DNA from: Eledone cirrhosa
Taxonomy: Eukaryota
Assembly (NCBI GenBank): GCA_964016885.1
Contig: OZ024743.1
Location: 21,142,001-21,206,000, forward strand
Length of the DNA stretch: 64,000 nt
Direction of reading: 5' to 3'
A program made the position numbers and the translations under genes. Within the stretch, counting starts at the first letter, position 1, and each line of letters begins with the position of its first letter. Shown one piece after another: positions 1-11,207 of the stretch. The notes under the pieces are model-generated. The model did no database searches, was not told the origin of the DNA, and saw nothing but the letters and a program-made list of their open reading frames with translations.

Positions 1-339
1 ACTTGATATAGTTGGAAAAGAGACTTAATATTTTTTTCGCTAATCATCTGAAGATAGAGTGAGAGAGATAGAATAAAATGGAAGATAGATGAGTGTAAAA
101 AAAAAAAAAAAACCAGGATTAAGTGTTGCTAGAAGAGAAAGTCTATATGTTTGTTAGTCAACTTCAGTTTAATAGGTTTCAGCCAGTATTAGCTTAGGTA
201 ATTTTTAACATTTCTAATGAGCAAGGAGTTGTTGGTAGAAACATATTAGGGTGTAGGTGTTTTATCTGAATTTCTTGTAGAAATTTGTCCAGGAACCATT
301 TGAATGTTTTAGCAACTATTTACCTAACATGTTTCAGTA

Positions 340-497
340 TCATCATCATCATCATCATTTTACGTCCGCTTTTCCCTGCTTGCAAGGGTGAGACGATAAC
401 TGATTCTGGCTTGATTTCTACAGCTGGATGCCCTTCCTAACACCAACCTCATTTACAGTGAGTGCTGGGTGCTTTTCGGCCGTGGCACCTCCACGAC
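340..497 (-). mobile_element. 3' tail fragment of the RTE LINE family with (GAT)n tail
   Basis: (CAT)n followed by ggatgcccttcctaacaccaacc, matching the RTE 3' ends at 23076-23250 and 55440-55590. Confidence 0.7.
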
Positions 498-539
498 CAC
501 TTTGCAGTGGAATGATAGGGACCCCAGTCCCTTTCATCT

Positions 540-680
540 CATTTCTACAGCTGAGTAAACTGGAGCAATGTGAAATAAAGTGTCTTGCTCAAGGAAACAA
601 CACATCACCCGGTCTGAGAATTGAACTCACAACCTTTTGATTGCAAGCCCAATGCTCTAACCACTAAGCCATGTGCCTCC
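540..680 (-). mobile_element. tRNA-derived SINE with CORE-like segment (family A)
   Basis: Minus strand has A box TGGCTTAGTGG, B box GAGTTCAATTC, then tccttgagcaagacacttt; related copies at 2667-2930, 27612 and 31860. Confidence 0.8.
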
Positions 681-1039
681 ATATGATATTAATTTTCAAA
701 TGTTACAATATACCAGACAAACCAACTGTGGTCAGTATATACACTGTGTAGGTGGTACTGTATACAGCAGAATATACAGTTATATCGAATGAATAGAAGT
801 AAACACACACACGTACACCAGGTCTGAATACAGAGGAGCCGACTCCCACTACCATCGCCTCCATCTCTCACTATATTGATATAACTTTGCGAACTTTGAT
901 AGGTCTTGGCCAGTATTGGTCCAGGCTATATCTAACTTAATAGCACCACCTGGCGAAATAAACGAAATATAGAGGAAGAATGACTCCAGTACTGGACAGG
1001 TACTTTTTTTATCTACCTCGAAAGGTCAAACAAAGACAA

Positions 1040-1830
1040 AGGGAGCGCTTGGAAACTAGAATGTCTTCAAGCACTCACAGCCCACAGCAGTGCGCTCGAT
1101 AGAAACTCCACCTTGACAATCTACAGAGCGGGTAAAAACGATGACGTTCTTGGGGAGACACTGGGGTGTCAACGAAAATCAACTAGCCACTCTTTTCTAG
1201 AGGACTTTCAGTCCAGGCCCCATGGATAACTTCCAGGAATCCCTGACCTGGCAGGGTCACTGAGTAGCTTTGCCAGTTCGAGATATATTCTACAGGCATG
1301 GAAGGGCCGGCCGAGCCTGTCCAAGATACGCACAGGGTATGAAACCGTCTTGCACGCACTCATCGAGTGTCTGAGTATTGCTGACTTGTGGGTTTACGTC
1401 GAACACCACCACCCGTCACCTGTGGGATGAATCCGATTACCAACTGAGTTTATTGTGAAGATCACCTCACCAACTTCCTTTAGAGTGGAAGGACAGGCAG
1501 TTTTTATCTGCCTGGTGGTCATGGCAAAAAAAGGTAATGTGGTGGACGTGTTTGAAAGAGTTGCAGACAAGCCCTTTCCTCTTCGGCAAAGCCCGGATTA
1601 ACTTTTTAAGGTTTCAACTGAAGAGAAAAATCAGGGTGGAGAGGAAATGCTGCCTTCCAACCAGTTTGTTGGGAGGTGGGTGAGAGTGGTGAGTGGGGTC
1701 CGAGTGAATGGGCTGGCTCTGAGTATGCGCTTGTAAGTTGGAGGAGGATAAATGAGATAGGGCACTTGCCCTAGTGGTCAAGGTTTCCGTGATTTTCTGT
1801 GAGCTTTCTCAATGAGTGACCCTCTAAAGT
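1040..1830 (+). pseudogene. Degraded L1/Tx1-like ORF2 C-terminal remnant (zf-RVT region)
   Basis: Manual translation PMDNFQESLTWQGH*VALPVRD...ACPRYAQG/ETVLHALIECLSIADLW resembles the CxxC..ET..H...C finger; contains stops and a frameshift. Confidence 0.65.
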
Positions 1831-1964
1831 ATATCCACTTTTGTGGAATTGGTTATGTTTGACTTTTTAAATATTTATGTTTTTAGACTTTATTATAAAC
1901 CTTTCTGTTACACAAAAAAGCCCACACTGCACCTCCCTGTCCTCCTCACTGAAGCATTTTACTT

Positions 1965-2110
1965 TCTACATTCAAATCCCGTGGGGGTTCAATTTTCCTT
2001 TCATTCTTACGGGCTTGATAAAAAAAAACACCAGCAACGTATTGGGTCGATTTAATCGACTTTTTCCTTCCCCAAAAGTGTTGGCCTTGTGCCTAAATTA
2101 GAAATCCTTA
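1965..2110 (+). mobile_element. tRNA-derived SINE family B fragment
   Basis: ttcaaatcc...cctttcattcttacggg...ggccttgtgcctaaattagaaa, shared with about 20 copies in the window. Confidence 0.7.
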
Positions 2111-2239
2111 TTAAATATTCCTTTAAATACAGAAAAAAATCCCAATTGTTGGTTAATAAAAATTTAAGGGACATAACTCTAGTTTTGTAAAAGAAATTAT
2201 TTCCCTTACGTATTTGTAATTATTGTAGTATTAATATAA

Positions 2240-2450
2240 GGTTTCTTTCTTTAGCTTCCGTTCAGCTTTGATTGAACAGAACTTTGACTGAAGTTTTTTC
2301 AATTGTAATTTACTAGTCTTTTTATGTGACTTTAGAACTACATTATCTAATGGTGATGTGTGTCTGTTGTTTACTTTCTTATTTAATAAGACAGGGTGGG
2401 ATTTGTTGGAGATTTGTAGCAGGTCGGAATACCGTGTAGATCCTTCTGAT
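2240..2450. repeat. Unclassified ~200 bp interspersed repeat
   Basis: Motif gtgtgatttgagggagatttggctgctatttctagcagg recurs near 8010, 22380-22560, 37690, 37980, 41180-41400, 53180, 58780 and 60840. Confidence 0.6.
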
Positions 2451-2666
2451 GTACATTATAAATAACGATAACTCTAAGTGTCTAAGCAACAACATCAATC
2501 ACTACTACTACAGCTACTACTTCTGCTGCTGTTGCGGCTACTACTACAACCATCACCACCAAGAATTATTTGTGGGGCTCTTCGCTGGAAACAAGAAATA
2601 AAGAGAAATAGTAATGGGTGGCTGAAAGATTGGAATATCAACGAGGTATTGTTATGAAAGTCTGTC

Positions 2667-2930
2667 TTAAGCCAAAAGGCTCATTTGGCCGTTGCATATC
2701 TCGGTTTCATGGCGTGAAGCAACAGAGTACAAGACTCCTCCATGGACAGGACGCCAGTCCATCGCAGGGTTAAACCCCCAGCTATTGCTGGAACTCATTT
2801 TCAGCTGAGTATACTGGAGCATCGTGAAATGAAGTGTTTTGATCAAGAATACAATACGTAACCCAGGAATCGAACCCACGACATTATGATCGTAAGTCCA
2901 ACACCTCTACCACTAGGTCACGTGCCTCCA
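2667..2930 (-). mobile_element. tRNA-derived SINE family A, near full length
   Basis: Minus strand starts ggaggcacgtgacctagtggtagagg, has B box gggttcgattcc and the CORE-like segment. Confidence 0.8.
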
Positions 2931-2944
2931 TTGCAATGAAGATA

Positions 2945-3110
2945 GACGGCTAATTGGCAGTCATTAGAATGTCAGGTAGAATGCTTTACGGTATCCATTT
3001 CTGTCCTCTACGCTCTGATTTCAAAACCCATCGAGGTCAACGTTATCTTTTGTTCTTTCGAGGTAGATAAAAACAAGTTTCAGTTCAATACTGGAGTCAT
3101 TCTTTCTCTC
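2945..3110 (+). mobile_element. SINE family B, diverged
   Basis: ttggcagtc...gatttcaaaacccatcgaggtcaac...cgaggtagataaaaa. Confidence 0.65.
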
Positions 3111-3352
3111 TTTCTCTTTCCCTCTATAAAATCGGTTGTGTTCAGAAATAAAGAGGGGTGGGCTCATTCAGGTTTCAAATGTCCAAAATACGCTGCATGC
3201 CACTACTATACTCCTACGACTCCACCAAGAGCTACAAGTCCGTCCGTCTGACCATACATACAAAACTACCTACCTACCTACATACATACATCCATGATGT
3301 GGTGGCTGTCCCCCTCGTTATCGAGTATGGCCATTGCACGATAAAAAAAAAT

Positions 3353-3424
<72 letters not shown>

Positions 3425-3629
3425 ATAATTAACAGTGCTGCGACCGAATCTGGATTTTTAGCCCAGTCAATGATCTAAAATGTCTTGCACAGAGTTGGCA
3501 ACCATGATAAAAACATTCATTGGCAAAGGCCCGGTGTGATTGGTCGTCATGTATTTTTGCATGTCGTTAGAGCCCTCCTGCTAATCTACATATATGCATA
3601 CATACATACATACATACATACACACATAC

Positions 3630-5110
3630 AGTGGCCTACAATGCGTTTGCTATAACAGTACTAATACCAACATTTTGACTACTTGACTGGACGCTAGATA
3701 AGATCCAAGCAATTGATGTTAAAACCCGAAAGGTTCTAACGAGCACCGGAAATACCGGAAATTTCCATATCAACAGTGACATAGTCTACGTCCACTTAAA
3801 ACGTGAACAAGGAGGCAGAGGCTTAACATCAATGCAAACAGCATTTGAATGTCGCACCATATCCCTTCGACAACATCTACTAACCATCAAACGTAGAATC
3901 CCATCCATAGACGAAGTCTGTCTACAAAACATTAGTTCGCATCATGAGAGTTGGGAAGGAGTTTCTTGGATAGTACTCCTTGAATAATGATTTCTACTCA
4001 GACCGCGAAGGGCCGTAACTCTCTGCTGCAAAGAATAGTGTCCGTCGCTCTACCGATTCTGCCAATCCACCTTACTCCTTGAATAATGATTTTTACTATA
4101 GGCACAATGGCAGTAATTGGGGGGGGGGATCAATTACATCGACCCAAGTGCATTACCGGTGCTTTATTTTATCGACCTCGGGATTTGAACTCAGACCGTA
4201 AAGGGCCGTAACTCTATGTTGCAAAGCATGGTGTCCGACGTTCTACCGATTCTGCCAATCCACCGTACTCCCTGAATAATGGCCAGAAAGAAACACACAG
4301 CCAGGTATGTTGTACAGCACTACCACAATGAATCAACGGGTGAAAAGCTGTGTGCTTATCAAGAGGAAATCATGCATGGCTATGTTGTGAGAAAGTTTCA
4401 AAATGAGAGAAATATAGATAAGCAAAGTAGTCTTAGTTCAACAAACGATATATTAGCTCTCACTTTGAAGGATATGCTTTTGCAATCCAAGAACAGGTAA
4501 TAACGAAATATCTGATACACAAAAAGAGATGCAGGACCCCGCCACCTCCAGATATGACAAAACATGTATACTAAGTGGAATAAATATCGAGGTTGTCACC
4601 CATGTCATAAGCAGCTGTTTAAAGATATCATCACGATGTTATCTAGCCATGAGGCATGATGTTGTGGCTAAAACACAACACAATGCAATATGTAGAAAAG
4701 GTAGTCGTGAGAATAAAAATATTATAAGTTACAGCTATATGGAGGGTATACGCATAAATAAAATGAAAGATTACTGGTGGAATGTTCTGGTCAAAACCCC
4801 AATAAAAAGCAAACAGACCAGACATAATGAAATGGAACAGAAAAGAAGGCATGCACATTAGTCGAAATCAGCTGCACAGCTGATGTTAATATAATGATAA
4901 AGATTAGCGAAAAGGAGAATATTTATGCTGAGCTAATGAAGAATTTGCAGATAATCAACTCGACTACTTTAAATTTGTATATTTTATCATTGCTGCACTT
5001 AGATATGTTAGTGCCTCAGTACAAACCTTAAGCTAAGGCTTCAAAGAACCAGAAAGAGCACGGCTAGTTAGGAAGTTGCAAGTACAGTTCATTAATGTAA
5101 CTGTAAAAAT
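3630..5110 (+). mobile_element. Degraded R4/Dong-clade non-LTR retrotransposon (post-RT region and RLE)
   Basis: Translations IDVKTRKVL, REQGGRGL, HVISSC...YLAMRHDVVAK, DYWWN...RPDI; many stops; interrupted by two SINEs. Confidence 0.75.
3990..4265 (-). mobile_element. Two tandem SINE B copies bounded by three copies of a 16-bp TSD
   Basis: tactcc(t/c)tgaataatg at 3974, 4073 and 4266 brackets two SINE pieces. Confidence 0.8.
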
Positions 5111-5439
5111 ATGTAAAACATTTCAGGAATTTATCATGTTATAACTACATATACACACGTAACTCAAAATATACAGATCCACACATGCAATAACATCCAT
5201 CATGCACATCCGCACACAGACATATTTAGCTGGTTGATGTTGACTAAATTCCAATGAAAGAGTTTGTTTCTATGTTAGAGACCGGTTCTCTCTCTATTCG
5301 AGAAAATGTATAAAATAATAAAACCGGAGCATACATAAATACAGTTAATGAAGTATAATGGTATAAAGGTTAGAAAGGAAACAGTAATTTGTTTTTCAAT
5401 TTCTTCATTACAAGAGACAACTGTAGGCCTCATAACACC

Positions 5440-5835
5440 TTTCAGGGTCACCGACACTGCTGGTGGTAGAGGGAGAAATAAGTTAGTTTCAGACAGAAGA
5501 CCTGGCTCAAATACTTGCAGTAAGAGTGGAATGAACCTCCGTCGGTTTCGATGATGAGTGTTCCAGTTGTTTTGAACATCCTGATTATGAAATTCATATA
5601 TGGTTAAGTATTCCACAGACACGTGTACTCTTAATGGAATTCTCATGAGATTCAACATGGACAGTTTGAGACAAGGTTGGCCCTTTGAATAACAGTTCAG
5701 TCCATTCGACGGGTTTTCAAACAGTTTCCATCTACTCAATTTCACTCACATGGCATAGGTAGAGCCGAGACTATAGTAAATGACGGTAGACCTAATGGTT
5801 GTGAAGCGAACTTTTTAACAATTCAGCCAAGCTGG
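5440..5835 (-). mobile_element. SINE-like repeat (family C)
   Basis: tRNA-like head (aaaagttcgcttcacaacc) and body (gagtgaaattgagtagatggaaactg); related copy near 57930-58150. Confidence 0.55.
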
Positions 5836-6489
5836 ATCCCCAATAGTAAACTCTTCTAAAGGTTCTGAAGAGTCAGGTGGTAGAATTATATCAGATAATG
5901 GATTAAGTCACCAACCAAGAACCGGAACAATCCCAAACGATGGGCTGTCACTGCTTCATTCTACTGAATTTGTCTCAAAGTGAAATAAACTGTATATTCT
6001 TAATTATCCCAGACTGTAAATCATAGTCAATTCTAAGCTGATTATAAATTTCCACCAAGCATGAAATAAAACGATGACACATTTCCTCTCCTTCCACAAG
6101 ATCTAATACTGTATGACTAATTTATATTATATGAATAGTATATAAATTTAAATCTTCAAAGCTACATTCAATTACAAGTTACAACAGAAAAAACATCCTA
6201 AGGGTCGTTTTCTGCTAGCATGTGTAGTGTGTATATTGATATTATACGCAGGTAGATATATGTAGATATGATACATCAAATAAAATCGTAATTGACAATA
6301 TACACAGAAATTGAACGAAACTGTGTTACACTGTCTTATGTAATCAGTAACGTAATCCATGATACATTAAAAATGACGATATTATATATAAACTGCATTA
6401 GGAGAAAATTAGTGACAGAAAATTAGTATGTTTATTTAAGCGATCGCCACCGGAAGAAGAGTTAATAAATAAATAAAACGTTATACTTG

Positions 6490-6728
6490 TTTTACCCTCC
6501 CATTTCCAATTAAATCGAACGCTATCATGACTGTATCTGTGTAAATGTATGAATGTATGTTTGTGTAAATGTATATGTGTGAATGTATGTATGTTTGTGT
6601 GAAAGTATATGTGTGAATGTATGTATATGTGTGAAAGTATACCCTCCCATCTCCAATTAAACCGAACGCTATCATAATGTATATGTGTGAATGTATGTAT
6701 GTTTGTGTGAAAGTATATGTGTGAATCA
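6490..6728. repeat. Local tandem duplication with TG-rich minisatellite
   Basis: taccctcccat(t/c)tccaattaaa(t/c)cgaacgctatcat occurs twice; gtgtgaatgtatgtatgtttgtgtgaaagtat units repeat. Confidence 0.8.
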
Positions 6729-8194
6729 TGTCCGTGAGAGTGGTTTTTTTTTATAAGTTTGTGTTTGTGCGATTATAGTTATATACTCATACATATAAAT
6801 GTATGTATGTGCACAATCATACGCGTCAGGGGTAGAAAATCATAATCTCTCTATCTCTCTCATCACACACTCTCTCTTTCTATATATGTGGTAGTTGAAG
6901 TGGTGGTGATGGCAACGATATACCGAAAGTGCAACTTTGAAAAGAAGTCAATTTTAAATTATTTATTTTTATGAAATTATTTTTGTTTACGAAATTGAGT
7001 AGATAAATTATGTAATATTCATTCATTATTTATTCAAAGTAATCCAACTTATTTTACAAACGGGATAAAAAAAAATAAACCGTACGCAATCCCGCAGACC
7101 TTCCTTTATTATAGTTTAGATTCTGCGGTAAAACTTAACGTCACCTCCGTAAAATTTAAACCGTTTTTGTTTCAAACTATTTACAATTAATAAGAAAATA
7201 AACCGTGTTCAGTAACGAAATCAGTCTTCAATATTACATTTAAATTGTAGTATACATATATTTATTTCGACATTCGGTACTCCTCGCGACGCTGCTGTCT
7301 ATTGCAGCATTAAAGGAATATGTCCTTCTGAAAGAATCGCGAACAATTTATAATGTCATTTAAGCATTTGTAATGTTATTTATGTATATATTTAAAACAT
7401 AGTTGCTATATAGAACATAATAATTCGTTGTTTCAGTGTGAAATTATAAAACATTTAGCCTCTTTTTTTCTTTTTTAGCGCATTATACAATTTTAATATA
7501 TGTTTTAAGGATTACGATCCTAACAAACGCGTGGGCTCCATTCGCTTATAATAGTGGGAAGGTGAGAGCGAGAGAGATAGGGACAGTTAATATAAAATCT
7601 ATGACATTATCCTATGTGTATATTTTAGCAACCATTATGGGTAGCTTGCTGAACATGTACTTAACAGAGAAAAATCGCAGTACTACACATTTACCAAGTT
7701 ACCACGACATTACATAAAACTCAATATGGGCATTTTTTACAGTTCATATACGAAATGCCACTTTCCGATAAAACTGTCAAAAAAAGAAAAAAGTCTCTTA
7801 CCCACTTCGTTGAGGGGGGCTAACTCTATATTAGCATATAAATTTCAGTGACTAACTTCTGCGTCTCCCAGCTATTACTACTATTGTTATAGTTGAGCTC
7901 CAAGTCAGCCTTGATTGAGCAGACTTAGCCGTCTCTTTTCTTCTCTGTATCGTGATATATTATATTATTATCTAATGTTTCACGATACGGGAATAAGAGA
8001 TGGTCGAACGAAAATTTGGCTGCTATTTTGTGTAACCATGTAGAGGCTAATTTGTCGACGTTATCATACTACAATAGATTTAAATGGTTGCGAGTAGGGC
8101 ATTCCAGAAGGTTTCATTTTTTCTCACTTTAATGCATAAATTTAAATTATAAACTGAAATGTGAATGCTTCTACATAATCTGATATTTCTTTTA

Positions 8195-8945
8195 GCTCCG
8201 CCTTCCATCTCCACACCGGCGCCTGGTTGAACACCATACCCTCGTATTCAACTGGTACCTAGTAGAACAGCGATTATCTATGTATCAGTGTTTCCCTCAG
8301 GCTTGGTTCCCGAATGTGTGAGCAACACAAATGCCGTTGCGGCTCCTTGGTAAACGCTTTCAAATTTCAACTGGTGTCATGCCACTTCCCGTTATACGCC
8401 ACTCTCGATGCATTCGTTAAATATAGTTTGGATGCAGCTAGAATTGGCTGAGTTAGACCAAGCAGCAGTAATAAGCTGGACGGCAGCACAGTCTCCCCGT
8501 TCCGATTCTTTCTCTATCAGCAACCTGTTGAATTTGAACCACCTCGCTACTTACTGCGATAGCAACAGTGATGACCATCCGCAAGAATGAGCCCAGGGAT
8601 TTGGACTGGCTCTTCCAACCAGAGACGTAACTAGGGTGTGGCAAGCATGGCTCATGCCATGGGCGACACTTGAAGCGGTGTGCCACTTGGACTAGGAGCA
8701 CTTTCTATTCAAGTCAGATAAACTATCGTCGGAGATTGAGATGTATGATTTGTCTTTGATTATCATGGGTGAGACGCACGATGGTGGCTGGGTCACTAAA
8801 CTATTTTTAGGAATTATTAAGTCCATAGTTAAAAATATAATGCTGGGCAGGGACTCAATTTCACTGTCTGCCACAGGTGCTATTTTCCCCAGTTACGCCT
8901 CTGCTTCCAGCCCATACCACACGCTATTCTCCGAGTTATGTCTGC
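8195..8945 (+). pseudogene. CRE-clade non-LTR retrotransposon C-terminal remnant
   Basis: HTGAWLNTIPS...SLRLG...HKCRCGSLV; removing the MITE restores WLFQPIPHAILR, similar to the CRE terminal FQRIS.AI.RGN motif. Confidence 0.6.
8620..8903. mobile_element. hAT-like MITE
   Basis: TIRs cagagacgtaactaggg / ccccagttacgcctctg; 8-bp TSD cttccaac/cttccagc. Confidence 0.8.
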
Positions 8946-8977
8946 TGGGATTATGAGGCAATATATACCTGATATTT

Positions 8978-9235
8978 GTTTCTACTTTTTGGCACAAGGC
9001 CAGCAATTACTCCAGTGTATTACTGGTACTTTATTTTATCGACCCCGTAAGGATGAAAGGCAAAGTTAACCTCGGCGGGATTTGAACTTAGACCATAAAG
9101 AGTTACAGCCCTTTATGGTCTGAGTTCAAATCCCGCCGAGGTTAATTTTGCCTTTCCATCCTTACGGGGTCGATAAAATAAAGTGCCAGTAATACACTGG
9201 GGTAATTGCTGGCCTTGTGCCAAAAAGTAGAAACA
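8978..9235. mobile_element. Fold-back (palindromic) SINE B dimer with 18-bp TSD
   Basis: Two inverted SINE 3' halves; TSD aatatatacctgatattt at 8960-8977 and 9236-9253. Confidence 0.9.
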
Positions 9236-9291
9236 AATATATACCTGATATTTTTACAACGGACATAAAATGATTGTACAGAAATGTGTGA

Positions 9292-9447
9292 GGCATATGT
9301 CAAAACGGCCGGTCGCAAAAGTGAAACTAATTTTTGACAGTTACGTACGTCATTATTTTCAATTTGGATTGTGAAATTGTTTGTTTTTTTACAATATATA
9401 TATGCCATATATATATATATATGCCATATATATATATATATATATAT

Positions 9448-9486
<39 letters not shown>

Positions 9487-9523
9487 GAAAGTATAGAAAT
9501 AATTGTGACCGTGAAGCCAACAG

Positions 9524-9590
<67 letters not shown>

Positions 9591-9814
9591 TATATGTCTG
9601 TATATACATACATATATATTGTGTGTGTGTATATACATATATATGTGTGTATGTATATATATACGCATATGTATATATATATGTATGTATGTATGCATAT
9701 ATATATATATAGGCATGAAAAACAAACAATTTCACAATCCAAATTTAAAATAATGACGTACGTAACTTTCAAAAATTAGTTTCACTTTTACGATCGGCCG
9801 TTTTGACGTATGCC
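9292..9814. mobile_element. Mutator-like MITE with (TA)n-expanded interior
   Basis: ~100 bp TIRs (ggcatatgtcaaaacggccg.../...cggccgttttgacgtatgcc); 9-bp TSD aatgtgtga at 9283 and 9815. Confidence 0.85.
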
Positions 9815-10324
9815 AATGTGTGATATTTTATTTTTATTGATTAATTAAATATGTTTAATTTTACACTGATCTCATTTCTCTATTTCTAATAAATATAAGA
9901 CTTTGTTTACCATAGAAATTAATACGAAACCAAGAGGTCATGTTCGCTTGAAAATTGTTACTACCCGTATTTACAATATTTAATGGGAGTTACAAATAGA
10001 CTTCCTAATGACTTCATAACTCCACCGCCACAAATGAGTTGTTTGTGTATATTATTGTTTGCGTACATAATAAAGTGGACTGTCTCATAACATAAATAAA
10101 ACCATCGAATAAATTGCTTGTTTAAAACAATAAACTTAAAACTAACATAAAGCTGACCTAGTTTGTCACAAATACATTTCATTAACTGTATCACAACATG
10201 TTAGGCAACCTGCGGAAAAGGGAAGTGGAGGGAATATTTAGTGTCACCTTGAAGTGATATATTGTATTAATCTGCGTCTTAAAGACAAACCTGTTTTGAC
10301 TTTCATGTTTTCGGTGTCACCGTA

Positions 10325-10600
10325 GTCTTCTTCTTCTTCCACCACCTTTGGGTCTCCTGCCAGGTGACTTTGCCTGTAAAATCTGTTTTGTGATTCGTTC
10401 CTTAGACATTCTAACCGTGTGTCCGTAGAACCGGAGCTGTGATCTCTTGATGTAGAGAAGAAGCGGCTCTATCTGACGCGACTTCCTGATCTTCGAATAA
10501 TGTTAATCAAGGACCCTTCAGAGAACCCCATTTCGGCCATTTGTATTCACGATCATATTCTTTCAGTCATTACACAAGATTTTTTTTTTACCAGAGTCAA
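10325..10600 (-). mobile_element. RTE-like LINE 3' remnant (second family)
   Basis: Reverse-complement similarity to 35870-36150 (gagccgctacttctc...agatcacagc). Confidence 0.6.
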
Positions 10601-10658
10601 TAAAATATTTTAATCACAGTTCTCTTCCTTACAAGCTGTGGCCTTTGCTAATCTATGG

Positions 10659-10785
10659 CAGACATACGTGAGTATGTAGCGAAATCTGTCCACGCCTTGA
10701 ACCCTGGGTGACACCTAAAAGTCAAATTCTAGGTCACCATCCTTTTCGGTGTGGACAGGTTTCGCTACATACTCACGTATGTCTG
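10659..10785. repeat. 127-bp hairpin / mini inverted-repeat element
   Basis: cagacatacgtgagtatgtagcgaaatctgtccac pairs with gtggacaggtttcgctacatactcacgtatgtctg (1 mismatch), plus an inner ggtgac/gtcacc stem. Confidence 0.85.
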
Positions 10786-11051
10786 GGCGATCCCTCAAAG
10801 TGGGAGACAGAAAGCGACAGGTATATAAAGCCTATATTTTCCCACGTTACAGACAGAGAGATCGGAGCCGTACTCTATAAACAAACTATGTAAAGATTCA
10901 CCTGCTACCTACAGGCCGCTTATACCCATACAAGCCTTCTTATACCCATACAAACTCCTTGCATAAATTCTCATACATAAACCACATACTACAGGCGCCA
11001 CTTGCAGTTGAGTATGACTTTATAGTATGTATCATGCTTAAGGGTTTTAGT

Positions 11052-11207
11052 CAGAGTGGGATTTACGTATAAGTTAAACAAGCTATAGCTTAGGGCCCCC
11101 ACACAAAAAACAGCGACAATTTGTCGCTGACATAGGACATCTGGACATATAAAGAGCCCCATTATCTTAAATAGCTTAGGGCCTCATCAAATCTAAATCC
11201 GGCCCTG
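11052..11207. mobile_element. hAT-like MITE
   Basis: Imperfect TIRs cagagtgggattta / taaatccggccctg; 8-bp TSD gttttagt on both sides. Confidence 0.8.

Noticed and set aside
540-680. tRNA gene
   Set aside because: The A/B boxes run into a SINE body that recurs in the window, and no complete cloverleaf is seen.
5275-5745. 156-aa ORF
   Set aside because: It overlaps a SINE-like repeat and has no recognisable domain.
9142-9779. Long ORFs rich in YI/IY (also CV/HT ORFs at 21363-22068, 43606, 51172 N-terminus, 61261)
   Set aside because: These are translations of (TA)n, (CA)n and (TATG)n microsatellites, not proteins.
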